Of a stretch of DNA of 64,000 bases, positions 39,836-48,890 are shown piece after piece; the first letter of the stretch is position 1, and each line of letters opens with the position of its first letter. The translations under genes and the position numbers were made by a program. This DNA comes from Prevotella sp. (GTDB taxonomy: Bacteria > Bacteroidota > Bacteroidia > Bacteroidales > Bacteroidaceae), in assembly GCA_022511045.1 (NCBI GenBank), contig JAFLSF010000001.1, positions 16,913-80,912 of the forward strand. Direction: 5' to 3'. The notes beneath the pieces were generated by a model, which saw only the letters and a program-made list of their open reading frames with translations, searched no databases and was not told where the DNA came from.

Positions 39836-41572
39836 ATGGCAAACTATTATAGTGATCACCCAGAGATTGGGTTCTACCTCAATCACCCCTTGATGGCTCG
39901 TATCGTTGAGCTGAAAGAAAAGGGATTTGCTGACGCAAAAGAATTTGATTATGCTCCCGTTGACCTTGGCGATGCGATTGAGAATTACAAGCAGATTCTC
40001 GACATTACGGGCGATGTGGCTGCCAACATTATTGAGCCAAACTCAGAGAGCGTCGACCTTGAGGGGCCGCACCTTGAGAACGGCCGCATGATTTATGCTT
40101 CCAAGACTTACGAGAACCTCGATGCTACCCGTAAGGCTGGCTTGTGGGGTGTTTCCATGCCTCGTCGCTACGGCGGTCTGAATCTCCCCAACACCGTGTT
40201 CTCCATGCTGAGCGAGATGATTTCTGCTGCTGATGCTGGTTTCCAGAACATCTGGTCGTTGCAGAGTTGTATTGACACACTCTATGAGTTCGGCAGTGAG
40301 GAACAGCGTCAAAAGTACATTCCCCGCGTTTGTGCAGGCGAAGGCATGTCGATGGACCTCACGGAGCCCGATGCAGGTTCCGACTTGCAACGCGTCATGC
40401 TAAAGGCCACTTTCGACGAGAAAGAGAACTGCTGGCGACTGAATGGCGTGAAGCGTTTCATCACCAACGGCGACTCTGACATCCACCTCGTGCTGGCTCG
40501 TTCTGAGGAAGGCACGAAGGACGGACGCGGCCTGTCAATGTTCATCTACGACAAGCGGCAGGGCGGCGTAGACGTGCGTCACATCGAGCATAAGTTAGGC
40601 ATACACGGCTCTCCCACTTGCGAGCTGACCTACAAGAATGCCAAGGCCGAGTTGTGCGGAAGCACCCGTTTAGGTCTGATTAAGTACGTGATGGCACTGA
40701 TGAACGGAGCCCGTTTGGGTATTGCCGCTCAGAGTGTGGGTGTCGAGCAGGAGGCCTACAACGAAGGACTGGCTTACGCTAAGGAGCGTCAGCAGTTTGG
40801 CGACAAGATTATCAACTTCCCTGCTGTCTACGATATGCTCTCTCGCATGAAAGCCAAGCTCGACGCTGGTCGTAGCCTTCTTTACGAGACTGCCGCCTAT
40901 GTAGACGTGTACAAGTGCTTGGAGGATATTGAGCGCGACCGCAAACTGACGCCAGAGGAGAAGCAGGAAATGAAGAAGTATCAGCGACTGGCCGATGCTT
41001 TCACCCCGCTGGCAAAAGGTATGAACTCCGAGTATGCTAACCAAAACGCCTACGACGCCATCTCCATTCACGGTGGTTCGGGCTTCATTATGGAGTACAA
41101 GAGCCAGCGCCTGTTCCGCGACGCCCGCATCTTCTCCATTTACGAGGGTACTACTCAGTTGCAGGTTGTGGCTGCCATTCGCTATATAACCAACGGCACC
41201 ATGCTGAACAACATCCGGGAAATGCTGGAGGGTGCAAAGGCTGAGGCCAACACCAACAGCGCCCTCTTGGCACGCGTGGAGAAACTCATCCCTGTTTACG
41301 AGGATGCTCTCAACTACGCCAAGAGCTTGGAGAATCAAGATGCCCACGACTTCTTGGCCCGTCGTCTGTATGATATGACAGCCGAGTTAGTCATGTCGCT
41401 GCTGATTATCCGCGACGCCGCCAAGGCTCCCGAACTCTTTGAAAAGAGTGCCAATGTCTATGTCCGCATGACGGAGGAGGATGTTACGGGTAAGGCTGCC
41501 TACATCAAGAACTTCCGTGTAGAGGACCTCGAGTGCTTTAAGGCTATGGAGCCTGCTGCGGAGGAAGCGTAA
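39836..41572 (+). CDS. Acyl-CoA dehydrogenase
   Basis: MDLTEPDAGSD, LNGVKRFIT, KLGIHGSPT and IYEGTTQLQ; C-terminal extension. Confidence 0.9.
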   Translation: MANYYSDHPEIGFYLNHPLMARIVELKEKGFADAKEFDYAPVDLGDAIENYKQILDITGDVAANIIEPNSESVDLEGPHLENGRMIYASKTYENLDATRKAGLWGVSMPRRYGGLNLPNTVFSMLSEMISAADAGFQNIWSLQSCIDTLYEFGSEEQRQKYIPRVCAGEGMSMDLTEPDAGSDLQRVMLKATFDEKENCWRLNGVKRFITNGDSDIHLVLARSEEGTKDGRGLSMFIYDKRQGGVDVRHIEHKLGIHGSPTCELTYKNAKAELCGSTRLGLIKYVMALMNGARLGIAAQSVGVEQEAYNEGLAYAKERQQFGDKIINFPAVYDMLSRMKAKLDAGRSLLYETAAYVDVYKCLEDIERDRKLTPEEKQEMKKYQRLADAFTPLAKGMNSEYANQNAYDAISIHGGSGFIMEYKSQRLFRDARIFSIYEGTTQLQVVAAIRYITNGTMLNNIREMLEGAKAEANTNSALLARVEKLIPVYEDALNYAKSLENQDAHDFLARRLYDMTAELVMSLLIIRDAAKAPELFEKSANVYVRMTEEDVTGKAAYIKNFRVEDLECFKAMEPAAEEA

Positions 41573-41648
41573 AAGTATATCCGCTAAAACATGGAAATCG
41601 AGGCTTCGCTACTCTTTCCGACTTTACAAGGTTTTAGCACACAACAGA

Positions 41649-41993
41649 CAAGTCTGGGATTTGCAGTTCACAAATCCCAGACTTGTTTTTTATAAATCCC
41701 CAATTTGTTTCCAACGAAGTGCCGCTTCATCGCCGCTAAACCGTACTTTCGTGGCTAACGAAAGTACGCCCCACCATTACTGTGCCTATTGTATACCCCT
41801 TGTATTCCGTGCGTATACAGTTTGTATACTGCTGGAATACAACTTGTATACACGGCGTATACAACCTGTATACTCCTGGTATACAAACGGTGCGGACTAT
41901 CCTCACCCCAAGCGAGCCCTATCCTCGTGAGCCTTGAGGACTATCCTCAACAGCGGCGAGGCCTATACACGTCAGACGTGAGGCCTTTTAATC
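41649..41993. repeat. Composite 11-bp phased array C
   Basis: 4-nt half-sites every 11 bp in one frame: CAAR/YTTG block, YGAA/TTCR block, nine GTATAC-like hexamers (41791-41884) and YGAG-N7-CTCR block (41891-41993). It includes the 16-bp hairpin at 41648-41686. Confidence 0.85.
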
Positions 41994-42057
41994 GAGGCTT
42001 ATAAGTATATGATACAAAATAACTGCCAATTTATTTTGTCGTTTAGTTTATTCTTTG

Positions 42058-42241
42058 TACTTTTGCGGCGGAGTTTGTGCGCTTCGTGTCCCTTTGAGGG
42101 AGATTGTGGGCGACAAGGGTCAGCGGACTTAATGCTCCTGACTTGTTGAAATCACTGAAGCGTAACAGTTCCATACTTTTGGGGTGTATATACAACTAAC
42201 ATTATAACAACTTTTACTAACAATTTAAAACAAACAAAACT
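42058..42241 (+). promoter_or_regulatory. -7 box plus long, potentially structured 5' leader
   Basis: TACTTTTG at 42058-42065. Pairings 42078-88/42153-64, 42089-93/42097-101 and 42111-23/42138-48. Confidence 0.45.
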
Positions 42242-44284
42242 ATGAGAAAGATTTTATCTTTATTGACGCTATTACTATGCGTGTGTAGTGGAGCGTGGGC
42301 ACAAGCTAGTACTACTTCTGATGATAGGTACGCTTTGGGTACTATTGATTTTAGTACGATAGGGACTTTAACGGCTAACACAACCTATTGGCATCATGGA
42401 GTTAAATTTTATTCTGGCAATTCTACTAGCATAAGTGCTTCTAATAATACATGGAGCGAAGGGGTGACAATTCCTGCATACATAGAAAACAAAATAGCAG
42501 GAAGAGACACCGATAAGGGAAAATGGGGGAGTAATGGTACGGGCAAACAATATACAATGAGCGGTTTTGCTTGTTCGCAACATACAATTGGAGTTCATGT
42601 TAATCAATCTTGTACTATTACGATTGTTGTTAATAAGAACTTAGCAGAAGATACTGATGACGCTGCTATTACAGCATTTCTGGACGGAACACCATATAGT
42701 ACTGCATGGACCAGTACTACATATAAACAAGAAGGAAATCCTCTAAATGTGTCTTCCACTCGTGAAGATGCATCTAATGCTCCTGGTCGATATACGCTTA
42801 CTATTACAATCAACGAAGATGATTTAAATAATGGAGAGGCTGTTGTTAAATTGTTTAATAGTAGTTCTGGTACAGGATCAGGTAAATTGTTTTGCTATGA
42901 GTCAATAACGGTGTCTCTAAAGACTGTCTCAACTCAAACTTTCTCTGGTGTAAAGGTTGCAGGTGAAGCACTGATACAGGATGCTACAACAAATGGCTAT
43001 AGTGTTGAGGGTAATACCATTACTTTAACTGACGATGTCACTTATATGACAGCCCCAACTGACATCACATTAACGAACCACATTGTCTATTTTGACCAAT
43101 CAGAAGCAGACGTTGATGTGGCTGTCACTTTCGATGGAATTGTTACTGATGAATATTATATAGGATTTGCCACAATAGGAGAGACGGCTTATACAGTAAA
43201 AGCCAAAAATATACCCATTGAGATGCTTACCCAAACATCCGTTACAGGGGCTCGTACATGGGATTGGTCGAAACTGAATGCAGTAGAAGAATTGACAGAA
43301 GAAACAAATCCAACAAAGAACGACGAATTTGTTATGGCTAATATGGATGGTATACGCTATCCCAAGTTCGACTTAGGCTTCAATTCCGACTTTACACAAG
43401 AGATGGCTCGCGAAATTGTTATTTCTAAAACACAATATGTAAGACGTAATGGTAGTGGTAACACTTTCCAAAGTGGTACTATTAAGATGAATTTTGCAGT
43501 TTCTGGCAACCTAACCATTTATTTCTCTGGAACAGGCAGTAGTGGCCAATCGGGAAATGATGCAAGATATCTGGTTGTTAATGGTGATAAAGGTAATGTT
43601 GGAACAAACAATACAGAGCAAAAGCAAGAAACATTTGAAGTAAATGGAGATGTAACGATTAGTTATGAGAGTGGTAAGCCATTGCGTATTCAAAAGTTAG
43701 AGTTCACTCCCACCGCCGCTAATATTGAGATTACCTGTGAGGGAGGTCTCGCATCGTACACCACAACTTCTGCTTTGGACTTCAGTGAGAGCGAGGCTAA
43801 GGCCTACATCGTGACAAGCACCAGCGAAACATCTGCTACACTGACTGAGGTTACTAAAGTTCCTGCTAATACGGGTATCATCGTAATGGGAACTAAGGGT
43901 GAGACCATCACCGTACCATTTATTGAGGTGGATGATGACCTTGATGATGTATCAGAGAACAAGTTGGAGGCAGTACTCACAGACAAGAAAGTAGAGGATA
44001 ACGAGGCTTATGCCTTGTCGAAAACAGACGGAAAGTTCCACCCCGTTCAAGAGGGCGTAACCATTCCTGCAGGAAAAGCTTATCTGCCTGCAAATCTGTT
44101 CACAAGCAATGCCCGTGAGATTAGCTTGATTATTGGCGATGCAGAGGGCGGCACGACAGGTATCAGTGCAGTTGTTAACAAAGAGACTGCAAATAATGTG
44201 TTCTACAATCTTGCAGGACAGCGCGTGGCTCAGCCCACAAAGGGTCTGTACATTGTAAATGGAAAAAAGGTCATGATAAAATAA
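42242..44284 (+). CDS. Secreted protein with Prevotella-type T9SS C-terminal tail
   Basis: Signal peptide (CSGAWA), beta-rich domains, VPANTGII..IPAGKAYL module and C-terminal TTGI..YNLAGQRVAQPTKGLYIVNGKKV. Confidence 0.75.
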   Translation: MRKILSLLTLLLCVCSGAWAQASTTSDDRYALGTIDFSTIGTLTANTTYWHHGVKFYSGNSTSISASNNTWSEGVTIPAYIENKIAGRDTDKGKWGSNGTGKQYTMSGFACSQHTIGVHVNQSCTITIVVNKNLAEDTDDAAITAFLDGTPYSTAWTSTTYKQEGNPLNVSSTREDASNAPGRYTLTITINEDDLNNGEAVVKLFNSSSGTGSGKLFCYESITVSLKTVSTQTFSGVKVAGEALIQDATTNGYSVEGNTITLTDDVTYMTAPTDITLTNHIVYFDQSEADVDVAVTFDGIVTDEYYIGFATIGETAYTVKAKNIPIEMLTQTSVTGARTWDWSKLNAVEELTEETNPTKNDEFVMANMDGIRYPKFDLGFNSDFTQEMAREIVISKTQYVRRNGSGNTFQSGTIKMNFAVSGNLTIYFSGTGSSGQSGNDARYLVVNGDKGNVGTNNTEQKQETFEVNGDVTISYESGKPLRIQKLEFTPTAANIEITCEGGLASYTTTSALDFSESEAKAYIVTSTSETSATLTEVTKVPANTGIIVMGTKGETITVPFIEVDDDLDDVSENKLEAVLTDKKVEDNEAYALSKTDGKFHPVQEGVTIPAGKAYLPANLFTSNAREISLIIGDAEGGTTGISAVVNKETANNVFYNLAGQRVAQPTKGLYIVNGKKVMIK

Positions 44285-44327
44285 TGTAGTGAAGAATAAC
44301 GGAACAAATAGCAAGGAGAAACAAGAT

Positions 44328-44483
44328 ATGAAGAAGACATATATCAATCCAGAGATGGAAATCATTAAGGTTGCTACTACTCAGATGTTAGCAGTTTCTG
44401 TGGGAACTAATTCAGACCCTATCGTCGATAGTAATGACGTTGGTGCTCGCGGTTTCGGCGACGATGACGACGATTGGGAATAA
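44328..44483 (+). CDS. Small MKKxYxxP-type protein (51 aa, acidic tail)
   Basis: MKKTYINPEMEII...MLAVS...ARGFGDDDDDWE; same strand as the upstream gene and followed by a terminator. Confidence 0.65.
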   Translation: MKKTYINPEMEIIKVATTQMLAVSVGTNSDPIVDSNDVGARGFGDDDDDWE

Positions 44484-44554
44484 TCGCAACAAAGGGGAGG
44501 CCGAAGAGCACGGTACCGCGAGGTGCGCAAGGCCTCTGCTTTTTAATTAGTAAT

Positions 44555-44593
44555 ACTCCGCTGCCATTCTCACGAATGGCGGCGGAGTTTTTT
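44555..44593 (+). terminator. Intrinsic terminator
   Basis: ACTCCGCTGCCATT-CTCACG-AATGGCGGCGGAGT followed by a T run. Confidence 0.8.
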
Positions 44594-44633
44594 ACTCGCT
44601 TATTCTTTGTACCTCTGACCTTTGGTCAAGGTA

Positions 44634-44706
44634 GGCTGCACCTCGGAAATGAAAATAAATTATGATTTATTTTGCATTTCACTCGGTTTGCACTACCTTT
44701 GCAATC
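44634..44706 (+). promoter_or_regulatory. Hairpin-promoter module, copy 2 (TACCTTTG) upstream of topB
   Basis: GAAATGAAAATAAAT-TATG-ATTTATTTTGCATTTC hairpin plus -7 box; homologous to 5322-5393. Confidence 0.6.
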
Positions 44707-44710
44707 GTAT

Positions 44711-46762
44711 ATGATAGTATGTATAGCAGAAAAGCCGAGTGTGGCACGCGACATAGCTCGAATCATTGGAGCCAATAAGCAAAAAGACGGCTACATGGAG
44801 GGTAACGGCTATCAAGTGACGTGGACTTTCGGTCACTTGTGCGAACTGAAGATGCCCGAGGACTATACACCCATGTGGCGGCAGTGGAGCCTAACATCGT
44901 TACCGATGATACCGCAGCGCTTTGGCATACGGCTGAAAGAGGATGCGGGCATCAAGAAGCAGTTTGCCACCATTGAGCGACTGATGCAGGCGGCTGATGG
45001 TATCATTAACTGTGGTGATGCGGGGCAGGAGGGTGAGCTTATCCAACGCTGGGTGATGCAGAAGGCAGGGGCTAACTGTCCTGTGCAACGGCTATGGATT
45101 TCGTCCATGACGGACGAGGCCATCCGCGAGGGCTTTGCTACGCTGAAAGACCAATCGCAATACCAGTCACTCTATCTGGCGGGCTTGAGCCGTGCGGTGG
45201 GCGACTGGCTGTTAGGCATCAATGCAACGCGGCTCTATACCATCAAGTATGGTCAGAACCATCAAGTGCTCTCTATAGGGCGCGTACAGACACCGACCCT
45301 TGCACTCATCGTCAATCGTCAGAAAGAGATAGACAACTTCAAGCCCGAGCCTTATTGGGTGTTAGCAACGGTCTATCGTGACACTACCTTTACCGCTACG
45401 CAAGGTAGGTTTGCCTCGAAAGAGGAGGGTGAGGCGGCTTTTGCCACCATTGAGGGACAGCCGTTTACCGTCACTAAGGTGGAAAAGAAAAAGGGCAAGG
45501 AAACGCCGCCCTCGTTGTTCGACCTGACATCCCTACAGGTGGAGTGTAACAAGAAGTTCGGTTTTTCGGCAGAGATGACGCTGAACCTTATCCAGCAACT
45601 CTATGAGAAAAAGCTGGCCACCTATCCGCGTGTAGACACGACCTATCTGCCTGACGACATTTATCCCAAGTGTCCGCAGACGTTGAACGGCCTTTTTAAG
45701 ACTAAATTTGGGGGCGTGGCACCTTATGCCGAGTTTGTCAAGACTTTAGGGGCGGCCAAGAAGTTGCCCAAATCGAAGAAGGTGTTTGACTCGTCGAAAG
45801 TTACAGACCACCACGCCATCATCCCAACGGACGTTGTGCCGCAGGGATTGAGCGATGCGGAGCAAAAAGTGTACGACTTGATAGCGCGACGTTTCATCGG
45901 TGTGTTCTTTCCCGACTGCGAGTTCTCCACCACGACGGTGTTGGGCGAGGCAGGAGGTGTTGAGTTTAAGGTTACGGGTAAGGAGATCCTGAAAGCTGGA
46001 TGGCGTGTGGTGAGAGAGAACGCGTCGGCAGCAACGGAGAACGCAGAAAGTGGCGACAAACCTGCTGACGAGGAACGTACTCTGCCTACTTTCCAGAAGG
46101 GTGAGAGCGGTAGTCATGTGCCTACGTTGACGGAGAAGTGGACGACACCGCCCAAATTCTATACGGAGGCCACCCTGCTGCGCGCTATGGAAACGGCAGG
46201 CAAGTTAGTGGAGGATGAGACGCTGCGGGCTGCACTGAAAGAGAACGGCATAGGTCGCCCCTCTACACGTGCCGCCATCATCGAGACGCTGTTCCGTCGC
46301 CGCTACATCAAGAAAGAGCGCAAAAACCTGGTTGCCACGCCAACGGGAATGGAACTTATTGACCTTATCCGCGAGGACCTGCTCAAAAGTCCGGAACTAA
46401 CGGGTATCTGGGAGAAGAAGTTGCGCGATATTGAGGCAGAGAAGTACGACGCTCACCAGTTTATAGAAGAACTGAAAGGTCAAGTGTCAGACATTGTACG
46501 CCAAGTCATCAGCGACCCTTCCAATCGGCGGGTCACCGTCACAACAGATGCCGACATGAAAAAGCGAATGGCTCCCAGAGCGGAGCAAGCCCCTAAAAAG
46601 AAGGCCCCTGCCAAGAAGCAGAAAGCGGCGGATGCTTTAGAGGGAAAACCTTGTCCGCTTTGTGGTAAAGGACATATTGTCAAAGGGCATACGGCCTACG
46701 GTTGCTCGGAGTGGAAAAACGGTTGTATGTGGCGCCAGCCATTCGAGGCCGAAAAGCAATAA
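44711..46762 (+). CDS. topB: DNA topoisomerase III
   Basis: IAEKPSVA, CGDAGQEGELI, SIGRVQTPTL, TYPRVD and GIGRPSTRA; C-terminal Zn ribbon CPLC..C..C. Confidence 0.93.
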   Translation: MIVCIAEKPSVARDIARIIGANKQKDGYMEGNGYQVTWTFGHLCELKMPEDYTPMWRQWSLTSLPMIPQRFGIRLKEDAGIKKQFATIERLMQAADGIINCGDAGQEGELIQRWVMQKAGANCPVQRLWISSMTDEAIREGFATLKDQSQYQSLYLAGLSRAVGDWLLGINATRLYTIKYGQNHQVLSIGRVQTPTLALIVNRQKEIDNFKPEPYWVLATVYRDTTFTATQGRFASKEEGEAAFATIEGQPFTVTKVEKKKGKETPPSLFDLTSLQVECNKKFGFSAEMTLNLIQQLYEKKLATYPRVDTTYLPDDIYPKCPQTLNGLFKTKFGGVAPYAEFVKTLGAAKKLPKSKKVFDSSKVTDHHAIIPTDVVPQGLSDAEQKVYDLIARRFIGVFFPDCEFSTTTVLGEAGGVEFKVTGKEILKAGWRVVRENASAATENAESGDKPADEERTLPTFQKGESGSHVPTLTEKWTTPPKFYTEATLLRAMETAGKLVEDETLRAALKENGIGRPSTRAAIIETLFRRRYIKKERKNLVATPTGMELIDLIREDLLKSPELTGIWEKKLRDIEAEKYDAHQFIEELKGQVSDIVRQVISDPSNRRVTVTTDADMKKRMAPRAEQAPKKKAPAKKQKAADALEGKPCPLCGKGHIVKGHTAYGCSEWKNGCMWRQPFEAEKQ

Positions 46763-46773
46763 AACGGGAAGCT

Positions 46774-48813
46774 ATGCGTTATAATAGTTGTATGCAAAGA
46801 AAGTTACACCTTATTCTATATATGGCTATGGCGGTCGTGCTCTTGACTGGGTGCGGTGCGGAGCAGGCTGTCAAGAAAGGGGACAAGTTCTATGCGTTGG
46901 GCGAATACTTTGATGCGGCCACGCAATACCGCAAGGCCTACCAGCAGACACCTGCTAAGGAACGGGCGCTGCGTGGAAAGCGGGCACTGAAGATGGCAGA
47001 CTGCTATAGGCGTATCAACTATACACAGAAAGCTATAGCCGCCTACAACAATGCCATCCGCTACAAACAAGCCGACTCGCTGACTCATCTTCGGCTGGCT
47101 CAGCAGCTGATGAAGAACGGTAATTATAAGGAGGCAAGCAAAGAGTTTCAGACGTTTATAGACAGTACGCAGTCATCAAGTTTAATGCCACAACTCGCTT
47201 TGGCTAAAACCGGGCTCCGTTCTGCCAAAAATGCTCCCGAGTGGCGCAAGGAGGGCTCAGCCTATACTGTGAAGCGCGAGAACTTTTTCAATTCCCGACG
47301 TGCAGACTATTCGCCTATGCTGGGCGGCGATGCCAACGATATACTCTACTTCACTTCTACGCGCAATCAGGCAAAGGGTGACGAACTGAGCGGTATAACA
47401 GGCACGAAGAATGGCGATATATTCTTCTCGCAGAAAGACGACAAAGGCAAATGGCAGAGGCCAGAGGTGATAGACACCGAGCTAAATACAGACGGCGATG
47501 AAGGGGCTTGCTGCTTTTCGCCAGACGGACGAACCATGTATCTGACGCAGTGTTTGACAGACCCGTCCTATCCCCGTTATGCCATCATTGCTACCAGTCA
47601 GCGCTCAGATGCTGCATGGAGCAAGGCTACGGAACTGAAACTGACGCGTGACACGCTGTCAACTTACGCCCATCCAGCCATATCGCCAGACGGCCAATGG
47701 CTCTACTTCACGAGCGACATGCCTGGCGGACTGGGCGGCTATGATATTTGGCGTGTTCGGCTGACTACCAGCGGGGTAGGGGGCGTAGAAAATCTTGGCG
47801 CACCTATCAATACCCCCGGGGACGAGATGTTCCCCACTTTCCGACCCAACGGCGACCTCTATTTCTCCAGTGACGGGCATGAGGGGATGGGCGGATTGGA
47901 CATCTATATTGCTAAGCCCGACTCTACAGGATGGGTCATTGAGTATCCTGGCTATCCACTGAACTCGCAGGGTGACGACTTCGGAATGACGTTTGAAGGG
48001 TTGCTGAACAAAGGATTCTTCTCGTCTAATCGTGGCGACGGTAAGGGCTGGGACCATATCTATTCGTTCTATAATCCCGAAATCATTCAGACGGTAAAGG
48101 GGTGGGTCTATGAACAGGATGGCTATGAGTTGCCTGAAGCGCAGGTATACATGGTGGGTAATGATGGTACCAACCTTAAACTGAGTGTTAAGGGTGATGG
48201 TTCCTTTACTCACGAGATAAAGCCGGGAGTCGACTATGTTTTCTTAGGTACGTGTAAAGGTTTCCTCAATCATCAAGAACAATTGCGTGTAGAGCCCGTT
48301 GAGGAGTCTGAGGAATATGTCCTGCAATTCCCCTTGGCCAGCATTACTGCCCCTGTTTTGATAGACAATATCCACTATGACTTTGATAAGGCTACACTAC
48401 GGTCAGAGTCTACAGAGGCACTTGACCGACTGGTAGAGCTGCTTAACGAGAATCCAAACGTCACCATCGAATTGTCTGCCCATGCCGACTATCGCGGCTC
48501 GGCTGCTTATAACAAACGGTTGTCGCAGCGTCGTGCAGAGAGTGTGGTTGCCTACTTGATAGAGCACGGTATTGCCAGCGACCGTCTGACCCCAGTAGGT
48601 TATGGCAAAGAAAAGCCGAAGACTATTCGTCGCAAGCTGACAGAGCAATATCCGTTCCTAAAAGAGAATGACGTTCTGACTGAGGAGTTTATCAAGAAAC
48701 TTGACAAGGAACAGCAGGAAATATGCAATCAATTGAATCGCCGTACGGAATTCATCGTACTGCGTACCACTTATGGCTTATTTGACAAGAAAGAGGAGGG
48801 TAAGCAACAATAA
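46774..48813 (+). CDS. porE: PorE-like OmpA lipoprotein (TPR-PD40-OmpA)
   Basis: Lipobox LLTGC, TPRs, PD40 repeats (PAISPDG, LYFSSDG) and OmpA domain (YNKRLSQRRAESV, NRRTEF). Confidence 0.75.
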   Translation: MRYNSCMQRKLHLILYMAMAVVLLTGCGAEQAVKKGDKFYALGEYFDAATQYRKAYQQTPAKERALRGKRALKMADCYRRINYTQKAIAAYNNAIRYKQADSLTHLRLAQQLMKNGNYKEASKEFQTFIDSTQSSSLMPQLALAKTGLRSAKNAPEWRKEGSAYTVKRENFFNSRRADYSPMLGGDANDILYFTSTRNQAKGDELSGITGTKNGDIFFSQKDDKGKWQRPEVIDTELNTDGDEGACCFSPDGRTMYLTQCLTDPSYPRYAIIATSQRSDAAWSKATELKLTRDTLSTYAHPAISPDGQWLYFTSDMPGGLGGYDIWRVRLTTSGVGGVENLGAPINTPGDEMFPTFRPNGDLYFSSDGHEGMGGLDIYIAKPDSTGWVIEYPGYPLNSQGDDFGMTFEGLLNKGFFSSNRGDGKGWDHIYSFYNPEIIQTVKGWVYEQDGYELPEAQVYMVGNDGTNLKLSVKGDGSFTHEIKPGVDYVFLGTCKGFLNHQEQLRVEPVEESEEYVLQFPLASITAPVLIDNIHYDFDKATLRSESTEALDRLVELLNENPNVTIELSAHADYRGSAAYNKRLSQRRAESVVAYLIEHGIASDRLTPVGYGKEKPKTIRRKLTEQYPFLKENDVLTEEFIKKLDKEQQEICNQLNRRTEFIVLRTTYGLFDKKEEGKQQ

Positions 48814-48890
48814 TCTCTTTAAAAACTATTACGGATGTAAACCATATACGTCTTTAAAAGAGATGACCATAATAAAACATATTTTTAACC

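Noticed and set aside
41648..41690. Plain intrinsic terminator for the etf operon
   Set aside because: The 16-bp hairpin with T run may terminate transcription, but a third partial copy follows and all arms lie in the 11-bp register of array C, so it was not called separately.
41661..42004. ORFs 41661-41930 and 41789-42004 (Tyr/Thr/Cys-rich)
   Set aside because: They are translations of the 11-bp repeat array, whose period is not a multiple of three.
42066..42241. Known riboswitch (cobalamin, TPP, SAM, glycine)
   Set aside because: None of the consensus cores could be matched by eye; kept only as an unknown structured leader.
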